Of a stretch of 64,000 nucleotides of DNA, positions 51,366 through 64,000 are shown piece by piece (positions within the stretch are counted from its first letter, which is position 1; each line of letters begins with the position of its first letter). Below the pieces are notes generated by a model. The model did no database searches. It saw only the letters and a program-made list of their open reading frames with translations, and had not been told where the DNA came from. A program made the position numbers and the translations under genes. The stretch is taken from NCBI RefSeq assembly GCF_009914755.1, contig NC_060935.1; one strand, written 5' to 3'. The stretch is from the human T2T-CHM13v2.0 reference genome, Homo sapiens.

Positions 51366-52699
51366 GGCACACATGATATATTAAAAATTAATCCTTGGGG
51401 GAGATTATATAGAGCAAAAAACGAGAGCAGAAACATTAAACCCATCTTTATTTTTTCTGGGAGCTGTACAGTTTAAGGGAGGCTTTTTGCCTTCTCATTG
51501 GACAAAACCTGATAGGTGAAGTCTGGGAAGAGCCACCAGAATAACAGCTTTCTCCTTTCACTTCTGGATTGGAGAAGTGTAGGGCCAAGTCTCCTTTGAA
51601 TTTCACATGGGGCCTCTCATTTCCCTAAGAGGACCCTTTGGGTCTGACAAATGAAGATATTTTCAATAAAAATCTCTCATTAGCTTGGTATCTTAGGGCC
51701 AAGTTTTGCTTTTGAAGATTAAACTGTTGTCCTGGCAGATTGGTTTCTACATAATTTTCTGTGCATGCGGAGCTGGAGCTGTACGTCTCCACTGGCTACA
51801 TCTTCACTATAATGAGATTCTTTTTGGGTGTGTTTCCTAGGGACTCTATAGACAAGGACCTGTATTTTTTTTATGCCAGTAACAGTGACTAAGACATATG
51901 AGCATCCATCATTTGCTCTCTAAAATGGCTGCTCAGTCACAGCTGTGAGATGAACACAGGGATGAACTTGGTCAGGAAGACTAAATCCTGTTCATTTCAT
52001 CCACTGATTAAATATGGCGTTATTCTGGAAAAACTCCTTAGAACTGATCTTTCTCTACTCATGCCATAGGAGCCCAAAAATGTCAAATGAATACACTGGC
52101 ACCAAGATTCCTAGGAGAGAGGCAGGAATGTGGATTTCAAGATTTCTTATGAGACTGCGCAGCATTGTGAACATCCTGAATAAAGAAGATATGTGTTCAG
52201 TGACAAGGGTGAACAGCCTCAATTCATCCTGCCCTTGAGGTTCTTTTCAGCCCATTGCTAGTTAAGTAAATAGGCCAGCAATTTAGCATAATGCTCTGGT
52301 AGCTTCAGGTTTTGCTGTGTTAGACACTCATTTCATGTAGGACACACAGGCTTGCCCTTTTTAATGTTATTATCACGTTTTTTAACAGCACTAACAGCAC
52401 TTATGGCCCTCTGGATGTACACGTGGGTGTCTAAGGGCCCCCTTTTTGGTGATACCATTAATTCAAATAAGAAGATGGCCACATAGAAGACAGGCTTTGC
52501 CCACTACATCTTCCAAATGTCAGTGTCTTGTGTTTGACAGTAGAGATCCTTATAAATTTGAAGCCTCGTTCAGTATTCACATTGGCGAGCAGGCTCTAGC
52601 TATTGTTGGCAGAGTGTCTGCAAACAATATTTTTAGGAGCATTGGAATTAACTTTTTTAAAAATTAATTTCTGGTTTTAGAAGCTTGTCATGGTTTTCC

Positions 52700-52960
52700 T
52701 TTGCTTGACAGATATTTATTGTGCATCTTCTATGTGCCTAGCACTGTGCAAGACACTGGGGCACAACACTGAACAAAACAGAGAAAATCCCTGCCTTCAT
52801 TAAGCTTATTAAATACATTCAATGAGTCAATTAAACAGTATGCCACAAAGTGATGTATATTAATAGGGAAACAAATCAAACAACTAGGGCAACTAGGATT
52901 GGGAGTGCCAAGGAACAGTGGTGTTGGCAAATTAGGTGAGTTTGAAAAGAAATTTGGATA
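52700..52960 (-). mobile_element. L2 3' fragment
   Basis: atatttattgtgcatcttctatgtgcctagcactgtgcaagacactgggg...gaacaaaacaga...ccctgccttcat. Confidence 0.85.
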
Positions 52961-53954
52961 CAAATAATAGGCTGAATTCTGCCCAATGACTGGGCTGTAG
53001 ATACCTTTGTGACATCATTTGTACCATTGTCTTGTTATTTTATTTGATCTTTCATGCTATGTCCTGCTTCTGTTAGTAGTTTGTAAGCAACTTGAAGACA
53101 GGAATGATAAATCATAAGTCCTGGCTTCCCCTAGTAGTACACATTGCAACTGCTCCCCACCTGTGGATTGGATTAAATGCATTTATACCTCCCCATCAGC
53201 AAAAGATAAGTGTGACCTTGTGCGTGGCTATTTCCTAAACCTGTATCAAGTGTGTGATGGGGGTGTGTGTGATATTTAGGATATTCTTCCTAAGGTAGAA
53301 TGGTGGTATTGTTGCAGTCCTTCGTCGAATTGTTCATAGTAACTCTCTCCTTGCAGCACTGGTTGGACTATGAGGAAAACTACTAGAGACCTTTTCTTTT
53401 CTATTCCTCCTCTGGAAAAATTTGCTTCCTTAGCCTAAAAGTCACAGGACAGACGGTTAGTAACGGCTTGACCTAAACCAACTGGGAACAGTTGCCTCCG
53501 TATTCATATTTAGCTCTGAAGAGCTTCAGACCTTGTGGTCTGATCCAAGATATTCCAGCTGCTGTCAGGAAATTCTTTTTTATGTTCTTTCTAAATTTAA
53601 TTGAAGTCTATTTGTCTTTTTTCGAGGTAGGCTGTGGAAGAGGCAAACTAGTTGATGTGATTAGCAGTGAGCCCTGTCATGGCCTGTCAGGAGCCTTTCT
53701 CTTGATGCTTTCCACCCTCTGGGCTGTGTGAGGGATGACACAAAACCACCTGTCCCACCCCAAAAGATAGTCTGCTGTGCCTCCTCACTGGGCTTCCAGG
53801 ACATTTTCTCCAAGCCCATTTTACTCAGGGATTCATTGATTGTAAGGAACAACACACATGCAGAAGAGCTTAAAAGAGAAAGAGGGATGTGTTGGAAGCA
53901 CACAGATGTATCTAATGGAAGCTAAACCTGGCAGTGCGCCACCCTTGCAAGGGG

Positions 53955-54348
53955 TATGTAAGTGAAGTCATCATAACAGATGAAGCCTCAGACCTCAGTG
54001 GCTCAGGACAGCAGGGGTTGATGTCTCGTGCTCAGAAACTCCCACAGCTGGGTGAGGCAGGCTGTGCTCCACACAGTCATTCAGGGGTCCAGGATGTCAA
54101 ATCTCTGCTGTCTTCCCCCAGACGTCCCCAGCCAGGCAGCTGATAGGAGAGATGAGTGGAAGATCGAGCAGGTGGTTTTAGGGGCCAGTCACAAAAGTGG
54201 CATAAATGATTTCCACCCATAATCCCCTGGCCAGAACCCAGCCACGTGGTTATGGCTTACTGGTCGGGAGATGAGGAAATGAAGTCTAGCTGTATGCCCA
54301 TTGGTAAAGGGAAGTAGGTTTGGAGGACAGTTAGCCATCTCTGCCATA
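53955..54348 (-). mobile_element. Old MaLR solo LTR (MLT1J/K/L-like)
   Basis: ctcagtggct...ctgtgctccacacagtcattcaggg...tggccagaac...ggaaatgaagtctagctgt...ctctgccata. Confidence 0.75.
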
Positions 54349-54598
54349 ACCAGGAACTTGAAGTCCGTCTGGAGCTAGGTGAGCCACTTCCTTTGCCCTG
54401 CCAGAAAACTGTGTGTCTTCTGTGCTTGTTTCTGTTCAGATGAGGAGAGGGACAGAGATGGTTTTTAGTGAGTAAAGAAACGCACATCCTCTCCCTCCTC
54501 CATGACTTTGCAGTCCTCTGTGTGGACACTGTTTTAGCTTGCTGGAACACCATGCTGGGCTTCGGTAAGGCCCTTCATCGCCCCTTGCTCTTGGCCAG

Positions 54599-54611
54599 GG
54601 GTCAAAGGTCA
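54599..54611 (+). promoter_or_regulatory. DR1 nuclear-receptor element (PPAR/RXR, HNF4 or COUP-TF type)
   Basis: GGGTCA-A-AGGTCA matches the consensus DR1; function untested. Confidence 0.5.
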
Positions 54612-55008
54612 GCTGAGTTGTTAGCATATTCTGTGCAGGCTCATCTCAGACAGCTAACAACAGGCACTGAAATAATGTCTGTAAAATATGTGAGCAAAGA
54701 CAGTTCTCCCAGGAGACTCTGACCTAAATTTTGAGCCAGGCTCTGCAAATTTGCCTCTTTAACTAGGAAAAGATGAAACAAAGGACAGGTTCCTTCAATT
54801 CACATCTGTTCAGTCCTGCCTCAGCTCTAGATAATGTGTGTTCCTTAATGCCCCCAAGGGAGAGGGGGCTTTACCTTCTCTCCTTTCGGGGTTTCTACAC
54901 TGTATCTTCTCCCCAGTATAGCAGTCAACACAACTCCCAGCTCCTAGGCTCAGCCGCACAGCTTTAAGGGGGTTCAGATGAGTTTGGGATCAGGCATATA
55001 TTAGGAAG

Positions 55009-55010
<2 letters not shown>

Positions 55011-55057
<47 letters not shown>
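55011..55057. repeat. (TG)23 microsatellite, followed by G-runs and a short (AG)n
   Basis: Direct reading. Confidence 0.97.
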
Positions 55058-55058
<1 letters not shown>

Positions 55059-55652
55059 AGAGCGGGGGTGGGGGAGCTGGAGAGAGAGAGAGAGCGTGTT
55101 TAGGAACCGCTGGGGAACACTGCAGTTCCCCAGTGAACACTGTCCATTTCCCCTGTTTAGTGTTTGAGGCAGCAAAGCTATTACAGGAATAGGAAGGACA
55201 GTTGGCCTGACCCACCCCATAGAGGTCTGTCCTACCCCTATTGAGACTGGAGAATTGTCACCACCTTCCCACACCAGAGGCCTCTTCCACAGGGCCATGT
55301 ATACTGTCTGTTTTATAAGCCACATCTCAGAAATGTTAGGGAGTATGGAAATGTTGGGGCCAGTGCCATGGTTGTATGTTGAGGGAGTGAAACTCTCTTC
55401 TCAGGTTCAGGAGAAGGTATTACAAGAAGAGGAACCCATACCCAGACAGCCCTGCTGTTGTCCTGCATTGTTGAGGGAGGAATTATGTCCTATGTGTTTG
55501 TAGTAACAGAATCCACAGCTAAGAAAAGACAAGCTCAGGAGGGAAGTCCTTGGGTAGATGCTAAAGAGCCTTCTCTTTGTTCTTTGTGCCAGAAGCTATA
55601 GGTTTCTAATTATGATGGCAGGAGAAGTGTCCTTATGAAGTGTGTCGCTGTG

Positions 55653-55854
55653 TATAAAAATATCTCTATGTTTTGTTATTGCTGTGTTCTTTGTGTGATA
55701 GATGTTATTAGGAGCACACTCTGTCCTTTCCAAGGACGTAATCTGACTGTTTTCTGTTTCCTCTTCTTTTTTGCTTTGCTTTCCAACCTGATGATGTGCT
55801 GCTGTGTTCTGTTGCAATGAAATTCCTTCATCTGTTTCACATCGCAACAAAAAG
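55653..55854 (+). other. Candidate TATA promoter and alternative first exon
   Basis: TATAAAA at 55653-55659; AAG|GTAAGG donor at 55854/55855; ATG at 55817 open to the donor (MKFLHLFHIATK, phase 2). Confidence 0.35.
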
Positions 55855-56384
55855 GTAAGGAACTGCAAACCGTATTAACATGCTGAAACAGCACCAACTT
55901 ATATAACATGCAAAAGGAGATGCATTTTAATCACTGGGAATTTTTTTACTTTAAGAGAAAAAGTGATGGATTGTGAGGACCTCAATTCTCGTATTGGTGT
56001 TTGGCTGATGGATTTCACATCTCCTGGGGCCTGGTGTTGAATAAGACTCAGGTTTATGTGTGTGATGGGGGAGGAAGTCAGGGGGGAATCTTTGTGTTTA
56101 TGAGTTTTTGTCAGCAGCTCACAAACTTGGAGAAACATTCACAGACATTTCACAGTTAAGCTGTGTAAAGACAAAAATATTAAATAAAAAGGTGAGAGGG
56201 ATGTTAATATTGCTTTGGCTCCAGACTTTGAAGCAAAAGTAATTCAACTAATAATGAGTTCATTAAATATGTGTCATGATAGGGGAGAGGCCATTTAGGT
56301 TCTTTGCCAAATGAGAAAATTTGTAATTTTGTATCTGCTAATCACATCCACCTACCATATATTCTTTTTTCTCTCTTTGCCTAT

Positions 56385-56855
56385 TTTCGGTGGCAAAAAA
56401 AAAACATATAAAATTGACCATGTTAATCATTTTTAAGTATACCCTTCAGTAGCGTTAAGTATTTTAACAATGTTGTGAAATAGATCTCCAGAAGTTTTTC
56501 ATCTTGTAAAACTGCAAGTCTATACCCATTAAAGAACTTTCCTTTTCCTTTCCACCTCAGGCCCTGGCAAACACTCTTCTACTTTCTGTTTGTAAGAATT
56601 AAACTACTTTACATACTTCGCGTAGGTGGACTCACATAGTATTTGTCTTTTTATGACTGCATTATTTTACGTAGCATAATAGCCTCATGGCTCATCCATA
56701 TTTTCGCATGTAACCGGATTTTTTTTCGTTTTTTAAGTCTGAATAATATTTCATTGTAGATATAGACCACATTTTGTTTATCCATTCACCCACTGATGGA
56801 CATCTGGGCTGCTTTCACTTCTTTGCTACTGGGTCGCCGTGAACATGTGTACAAC
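56385..56855 (-). mobile_element. L1MB-type 3' end
   Basis: aaattgaccatgttaatcatttttaagt...agatctccagaagtttttcatcttg...tagaccacattttgtttatccattca. Confidence 0.92.
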
Positions 56856-58444
56856 TTTCCCACTGTATCTTTTGATTGGATGAATGGATGGATGTGTATA
56901 TCCATTCCAAAAGTCAATTTTCACTGTCTCTTGTATTATTAAATTTTCAACACAGCCAAGCCAAGCATTAGTGGCTCCTTAAGGCTGAACACTCATCTTG
57001 AGGCTTAGTGGCTGTCAGGTTCCTATTCCCTGTCCTATAACCCAGCATCCTTTCTCTTCCCTACTTCTCTTTCCTACAAATTCAGGGCAGAAGGCTGTGG
57101 AAGCACATGTTCCCCCTGCAGTCCCCATCACCCTCACACTGGAATGATTGTCCTTTGTGGCACACGTTGTTGCAAGTATTTTCGTAATGTGTATCATTTC
57201 ATGTAAATGATGTGAGCTCAAGATTAGTCATGAATTCAAATCGTGTTGCTTTGTTGCTTGGAAGAAGCTCATTTTATTGCAGTAATCCATACCAAGAAGA
57301 AGAAAGCACCCTATGATCCTGAGTAGCAGACGGTTCCTGTTTTTCCTCCCACTCATCACTGGGGCACACTGGATCAGGCAAGGGAGAACAGTACCTGAGC
57401 TACAGGGCTATGGGAACAAGACCTTACCCGTCATTGAGTTGAGGTTCTGATGGTGAAAAAGGGCTGTTTTCCCAAAGTTCTCTTGGGTGCTGCTAACTGT
57501 GTGAGAATAGTGGAAAGGGTGGGAGCTAAGGAGGTGAGTGGGTAGGGAGATTTTGGTAACGCTGGAGCTTGTGGCAACCCATGTGCCTTCACTGCAGTCC
57601 CAGATTTTCTCTGGGAACAGCTTCTATAGGCAGAGTTGGGGTTCACCTTCAGATAGCCAAGTTAAGAAAAAAGTAACAACCATTCTCTGATGTTTTTTTA
57701 AATGTCATCTGTAAAAAAGCATCAAGAATGTGCTTCTTAAGTGGTAATATTAGCAGATTTGAGAGTATGTCCTAGACTGGGGACTTGACACAGAAAACAG
57801 ACTTGGGCAACAGGGTCTGCAGAGATTGAGCATGGGAAGTGCGATGTGTTGAGCCCTTGTGAGGCTCCAGAGCAAGATAAAGATGCGCCCACTGTTCAGC
57901 TTCTTAAAATACGCCAGCTGGGTGGTGTATTCCCTGGGTAGGCAGGGAATTTGCTCCTTAGATAGGCCCCCTGATTCAGGATGTTTAGTGTTAGTGGCAG
58001 TTTAAGCCTTCGAGAGCTGTTTGGGAGCTATTTTGCTTACCAGTGCTTTTGTGTACATTCCTCTGTGTTCTGCGTGGGAAATCAAGGACGTGCTGGACTA
58101 TGCAACTGCCAGAGCCACCTGCAATGCCATGGAGGCAAGGTGATTTAACACCCAGAGTTCCACTTACCGATTAGACTGTTTGCTGAGAAAGCGAGGGCCA
58201 GCTATTTCTTGAAGATCAGTAATGGGGAGATTGGATAACAGGTTTTCTGGCATGTTATATGGGTCTAGGGAGTACCTCTTTTTGTATGTGCCCCAAAATT
58301 AGTATCATTGATAAAATGCAAGGAATCTCCCTTGTGGTTTCATTTACTTTTACATTAATTTGCAGGCACAGGTGGACACTGGACACTTAACTTGCTCAGG
58401 ATTTTTATTTTAGTGCACTTTAAATTGAAATTAAAAAGTAATAC

Positions 58445-58563
58445 TGGGCGTGGTGACATGTGCCTGCAGTCCCAGCTACTTGGGAGGCTGAGGAGACAGG
58501 TTCGCCTGAGCCCAGGAGTTCAAGGCCAGCCTGGGCAACAAAACGAGATCCTGTCTGTAATTT
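58445..58563 (+). mobile_element. FLAM_A-like Alu monomer
   Basis: Single monomer with a 14-bp TSD ttaaaaagtaatac (58431-58444; 58564-58577). Confidence 0.9.
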
Positions 58564-61254
58564 TTAAAAAGTAATACATAGCATGAGTGGCAAGAATGGG
58601 ACTGCTGAGAAAGGAGACAGTTTGAGACATGGTAGTCTTCGGAAGTCCATCACTGCAAAACATGCAAGTAGAAAGAAATACACAGCTGCCTTGGGTTTTG
58701 GCTAGAGATGTTATTCATATTGGGAATTATAAATGAGTTATGGGAGGGGAAAAGGAACAGGTGTGTTGGGCTGTGGGGTGGGCGAGAGGCAGTGAAGGGA
58801 CCCTGGCTGGGTCCACACTCTCCAGAGGGCTCTCCTTCGCATGGTGCAGGAGCAAGGCCCCCCAGTGAGACAGGGCTGGGAACTAAGGAGAACTTAAGCA
58901 GACTGGGAAACAGAATAGTTCCTGTGGGGTCTGGGTCAGGAAGACGAGGAGGCATGCGTGAAGCGTGTCTGAGCACCATCCATGCTTCTCAAAGTTGGTG
59001 GTGTTTGAATCAGTAATAAGGCAGCTTCACAAAGATTTGTCTTCTCTCCGTCTCAGTGATCTGTGACCCAGGCAGAGGAATGGATAGAGTGGATGGTGGG
59101 AATGGTCTGAGGCCAGGAATTGGCTTGAGGGGTTTAGGAAAATGCTAGCAGTGCAGGAGGCTGGGCTGTGGAGAGGGTGGCTTCCAATTCCTTAATCCTG
59201 AGCCTTGGAATGGAAAGGGAAGGCCGGCAATAGACAACAGAGGGATAAATGGTCCCAGTGCAAGAGGAGGAGCTGAATGGAGTGGAATGGCGCTGTGGGC
59301 GTGGTCAGACTGGGGACATGGAGAGAGGATGTGTCCAGGGGAAGGCCAAGGCTGACACTGACCAAACAGAGGGCAGCTCTTGCCTCTTCTGAGGAAGGTG
59401 GGAACGTGGACAGTATGCTTAGAGAGAGTCACGTTTCAATTAAATCCAAGAAGGGAAGGAAAGATTGAAAAATAGGTATGGGATACAGAGTAGCTTAAAG
59501 TAGTCCTAAAGCAGGGCATAGCAGGTAGAGGTTGTAGAAGGGAATAAATCTTTCCTTTAAAAGGAGGTGGGAGCAGGCAGTGGCCATGGTTTCTTTCCCC
59601 TTCAAGACCAGCAAATAAAAGAACATGAGTAAAATATAGAAATCGCTTAAATAACATGAATATTTTATGTTCTCCATGTTATCTGGAAACCCAGCTGTTT
59701 GCTGACCATTAAAAGAAGACAGTTATAGACCTGGTAGTAAGTTATTTAAAAGGAGAACTCAGAAAATGTATTTGTTGAAAGATGTTTCTTGACTTGAATT
59801 CTCCATTATGCTTTTGGCCTTTGCAGAAAGAAGGAAATCACATTATGTACAAACGTTGTTAATTACTCATTAATCTGACATTTTGATGGCATTAAGCAAC
59901 AAATATTAATTTGCGACTCAACATTGTGATTGTATCTAAAATGTAAGACATCTCCAAAAATATGAAACCTACATGTCAAAATTACTTTCTTCAAAGACTG
60001 ATTTTGGCAAAACTCATTATTAGAGCCTTCTGTACTTTAAAAGTTTTAAATGACACACTGCAATTTACAGAATTCATTATGGTGCACAACTAATTAGAAC
60101 TTTAAAGGAAATCACAGTAGGGAATTAGACATTTTAAAGAGCATTTTCTTGAGCTGAAGTGTTCTTCAGGATAAAGGTTGTTTTGCAGTAAACGAGACAC
60201 TTGGATTTTACATACATATATAGACACACACTCTGAAGGGTAGCATGTTTGACCAGTCGTGTTCGGAAATCATTCTTGTTCTCTGTTTAGACAAAAGGAA
60301 AAAGCAACAAAGGCGACAAGGGAGGGGCAAGACAGAAATGCAAATTAGATGTCCGTAGCATACTTGGGAGCCAAACAAAAAATGCAGACATATCTAATTA
60401 GTTTCCAAAGCCAGCTTTACCCTAGGGAAAAAAAAAAATTCTCATCTAAGAAAACAGCAGTGCGGGCCGTGAGTCCCAGGTGTATGGGTGATTACAGCAG
60501 AGAGCAGAGAAAGCCACTGTTGTTAGGCTCAGCTGCCTCTGTGCTACACAAATGTGCTTACAGAAAGAATATAAAATCGACCATGGATAACTCCCTCCCT
60601 TTCCCCAAATTGATTAATTTCTCGACGTGCTGGCAGGTTTTTCCATGGATGGGGATCGAGTTTGAGAGATGAATGTGTAAATCAACAGCAGGTGGGAAGT
60701 TGAATTTGTCTGGCCCAGCTGCTGTTCCCCGCATTTCCTATTCTTTCTGGTTATCTCAGTCCAGCATCTGTCATGGAGCAGGACTCATGGGCTTCTGTCA
60801 TCTCAGGCCTGGGGAGCCACAGTGTTGCCTGTGTCTTCCAACAGCTCAGTGCTTTCAAATAGCAAACGGCAAGAATGACGGCCCCGTCACTATTAGCAGG
60901 AACTGCCAGAGAATTGAGGAGGGTATTTTTTATATCATGTGTTGAGATTTCTCTTGATTCTTGATGTGGACACATGCTTTCCACTTCACCTTGCATTTGG
61001 ATACTTGCATGATCTGGGCTCTTTTTACAATACTTCCTTTCCCAAATTTATTGCATAATAACACTCATATTTGAATGTGATTTTCTTTGTATTTTAATCT
61101 TGCTGATTGTACAACGGTGATAAAAAATGACCTGCTTTCTTGCCCCTTAGATTAAGTTTTGAAGGAACAATGTATTTTCCACACACTTTGGAAATCTCTG
61201 TGGAATTTAATCATCCAGCCGAAACACAATTTCAGCATTTCTTAACATCATACA

Positions 61255-61470
61255 GTTTTAGTGTTGGGCGTAACCTTCAGAGGTCAACTTCTCTACTCTT
61301 CCAATGTAGGAATCCTTCTGCCCGACTCATCACAGATGGCCCTCCAGTCTCTGCCTAGCATAGGTCGATGAGGTTGATTCTGATATGGAGGCAAATTGCC
61401 AATGCCTATCTTTGACAGCACTTCACCATTGGGGAATTATCCTAGTAATATTTAGCTTACCTTTCTTAGA
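61255..61470 (-). mobile_element. L3/CR1 LINE fragment
   Basis: accttcagaggtca...tgtaggaatccttct...agatggccctccagtctctgc. Confidence 0.5.
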
Positions 61471-62644
61471 CAATAGGGTTGCTGTTTCTCCAAGGCTTTC
61501 TTTGAAAGAGCAAACAGACTGCCTTGCTTGCTTGCAATGTTGCTTGGATAGATCTTATCTTCTAAATAAAATTACAGTTACTAATGTCATTTAGAAATAT
61601 TCTACAGAAAGTATTGACTGATTATTACTGGCAGAAAGAAAGTCAGATCTTTGATATTTATTATAAAAGAGATGGGTGACATTGTCTTAAGTTTAGCTAC
61701 AGCACAAAATATTACATTCAGTGCTACAGCAGGATGTGATCACTCAACTATTTAGCTTATGTATATCGTTTATTTTTATTATTTGGGCATTGATTTTCTC
61801 TACCATTTGTTTCCACATGAAGTCTTTTTTTTTTAACAAAATCTAATTTCTCATAACAAGCAGAAATGCTTTTAAGGAATTATTCTTTTTCGTCCTGTCA
61901 AGTTGCAGGAAACATCAAATATTGACTGTAAACTGTTATCAATTTCATATGTGACAAGGTCTGCCATCTCTTCATGTACACATATTTTCACGGCCCTTAA
62001 TTACTTTTTTATTCTTTAAACCTTAGCTAAAGTATTTGGTATACTACATTTGTTTTTATATAGTTATTTGTAATCTTTTGGGTAGAGAAAATAAAACCAA
62101 GTATTATTATCTACAGCTTTCCAACAGAATTGGCTTCAAAAATCTTTCTGTACATTTTCAGCAAAAAAAAAAGTCATCAGAAAGGAGAAAAAAGATTTAA
62201 AAGAAAATCCCAAATTATTTGGAAAATTGATAGAAATAGACTCTCACCCATAGAAATGTGGAATATTCAATTAAAAACTTGTAAAGAGGCTCAACATTGT
62301 TTTCTAGTGATATTTTAATTTGTCAAGGAAAAGATTATATGCAGATAAAAAATTGTAACATCTTAGAGTTAGAAATTCCCTGGAGATCAAACCCTTGCAG
62401 CCTCTTCATACCTCAAGTGATAAGCAGTTTGTCACCATTATCACAAATATTTGCAGAGCACAAATTAGATGCCAGGCAATGTCTCCAGTATGGGTTGCAA
62501 AATTGAACAGGACAAAGATGAAGAAACAGCGCCCATTGTCATGGAAGTACATTTGCGTGGACTATCTGCCATGTACACAACAAGCTGAGTTGTTTAAATT
62601 TTGCTCCTCATATCATCCAGACCCTGCCTCCTGTGTCCTCAGGG

Positions 62645-63130
62645 ACTCATAGAGCTCAGAGTTAAGATTATCTTGGAGGTCTTCTAAGCCAGCCTTTTAC
62701 AGGTGTAGGAAACCTCTCTGTGGAAGCCATAGTTGAACACTGTCCCATGGATGGGCTCAAATAGGTCAGTGTTTCTGGTAAAACTGAGCACAGCCTTCCA
62801 CCTGTGGTCCAGCATTATGAAGTGAAGCCATTTCCTCTCTAGTTTTAGACACTAGACATCCCCCAAGGAAGGCAGCCTGAGATTTTGTTAGCTGCTGCAC
62901 ATAGTTACCTGGCATAAAGCTGATGGTCAGCTGTAAACCTTAGGCCTTTTATAACATGCATTGCTTCGGAGTCAAGCCTCCCACATCCTGTACTTGTATA
63001 TTGGATTTTTTGACCCTGAATGTAGGACTTTGCATTAATCTTGTTTATGTTTCATTATGGTTAAAATTGGCCCACATTCTAGCTTATTTTGAGCTTTATG
63101 AGTCTTGATTATTTTCTCCAAATGGTTTTG
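62645..63130 (-). mobile_element. L3/CR1 LINE fragment
   Basis: cttggaggtcttctaagcca...gcagcctgagattttgttagc...catcctgtacttgtatattggattttt...tgtaggactttgcatt. Confidence 0.7.
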
Positions 63131-63755
63131 ATTGATTACTTCATTTGTAAGTAACTTTTGCGTGTTCTCCTTCCATATATGTGTATTTATTGTTTTATAA
63201 ATTATATGTATGTGTCATTAGCTAATACCTCAAGGCACAGTATATACTAAAGGCAAGATACAAATAGTGAATTAAATTCATATTTCACATCATCCTGAGG
63301 ATTTCATTTTTTTTGTTTTTTTCTGATCAGATGTTATTAAATCATTGTTGTTTTTATCTGGTAGGACGAACATAGTGCTCGTACTAGGAATAGTAGAACT
63401 ATCCATTCTGCTATCTTCCTGTTGTTCACTTATGCTTTCATTATTAGTATTATCTTCAATACACTATGTTTTTGTGGGAATCTTTTTTGTAAGCCAGCTG
63501 TTCATTTAGGGAAGATTGGTTTAGTTAAAACTAGAAAATGTATTGCATAAATCCACTTAACAGAGCTCAACTAAAAGGCTGTGTGTGATAATACGGGGAA
63601 GAGAAAAACAGATGAGAGAAGGCCCTCCAGTCCTCTGCTGTGATGACCTACTCTGCCCTTAGACTCGCATCCCTGGCATGACATGCCATCCTCCCAGTTA
63701 CAGACCAGGTGGCAGTATCGCTGTGAGTCAGGGCATTTAAAATGTTAGTGAAGCT

Positions 63756-64000
<245 letters not shown>

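Noticed and set aside
52700-53180. Opposed L2 fragments as a miR-28/151-type precursor
   Set aside because: The arrangement is not a tight tail-to-tail junction, and the copies are too diverged for a compact hairpin.
55788-55890. Box C/D snoRNA (tgatga ... ctga about 98 nt apart)
   Set aside because: Box C lacks the preceding purine, there is no terminal stem, and I see no rRNA-complementary guide.
63674-63688. NFI or p53 site in the palindrome
   Set aside because: The TGGC-N7-GCCA spacing does not fit NFI (N5), and the CATG cores are 5 bp apart rather than 10 as p53 requires.

Overview
This is primate (human-like) non-coding genomic DNA, most likely from inside a very large intron or 5'-UTR region. 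It is AT-rich and CpG-depleted, with many interspersed repeats: about 11 Alus, 2 FLAM monomers, MIR, L2, L3/CR1, truncated L1M 3' ends, 5-6 solo LTRs and hAT/Tigger MITE relics. I cannot support any protein-coding gene, tRNA, rRNA, snoRNA or known miRNA, and the supplied ORFs look like chance or repeat-derived frames. I cannot name the host gene. All five confidently oriented solo LTRs lie on the - strand, which suggests a host transcript on the + strand. The most interesting non-repeat signals are: (1) two CpG-enriched patches ending in strong, outward-facing splice donors (- at 3628, + at 5205), resembling a bidirectional alternative promoter; (2) a TATA-led candidate alternative first exon (55653-55854) with a near-perfect DR1 element about 1 kb upstream; (3) a locally duplicated ~125-bp unit (42934-43057 and 44343-44467, ~86% identical) in which both copies keep a nested hairpin; (4) several polypyrimidine-YAG|GTRAG-type motifs that are candidate recursive splice sites; (5) closely spaced inverted Alu pairs; (6) two adjacent CArG+TEAD composite motifs. 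These are hypotheses from reading the sequence, and none establishes a new biological system. Repeat subfamily names come from memory of consensus sequences, and boundaries of old repeats are approximate.
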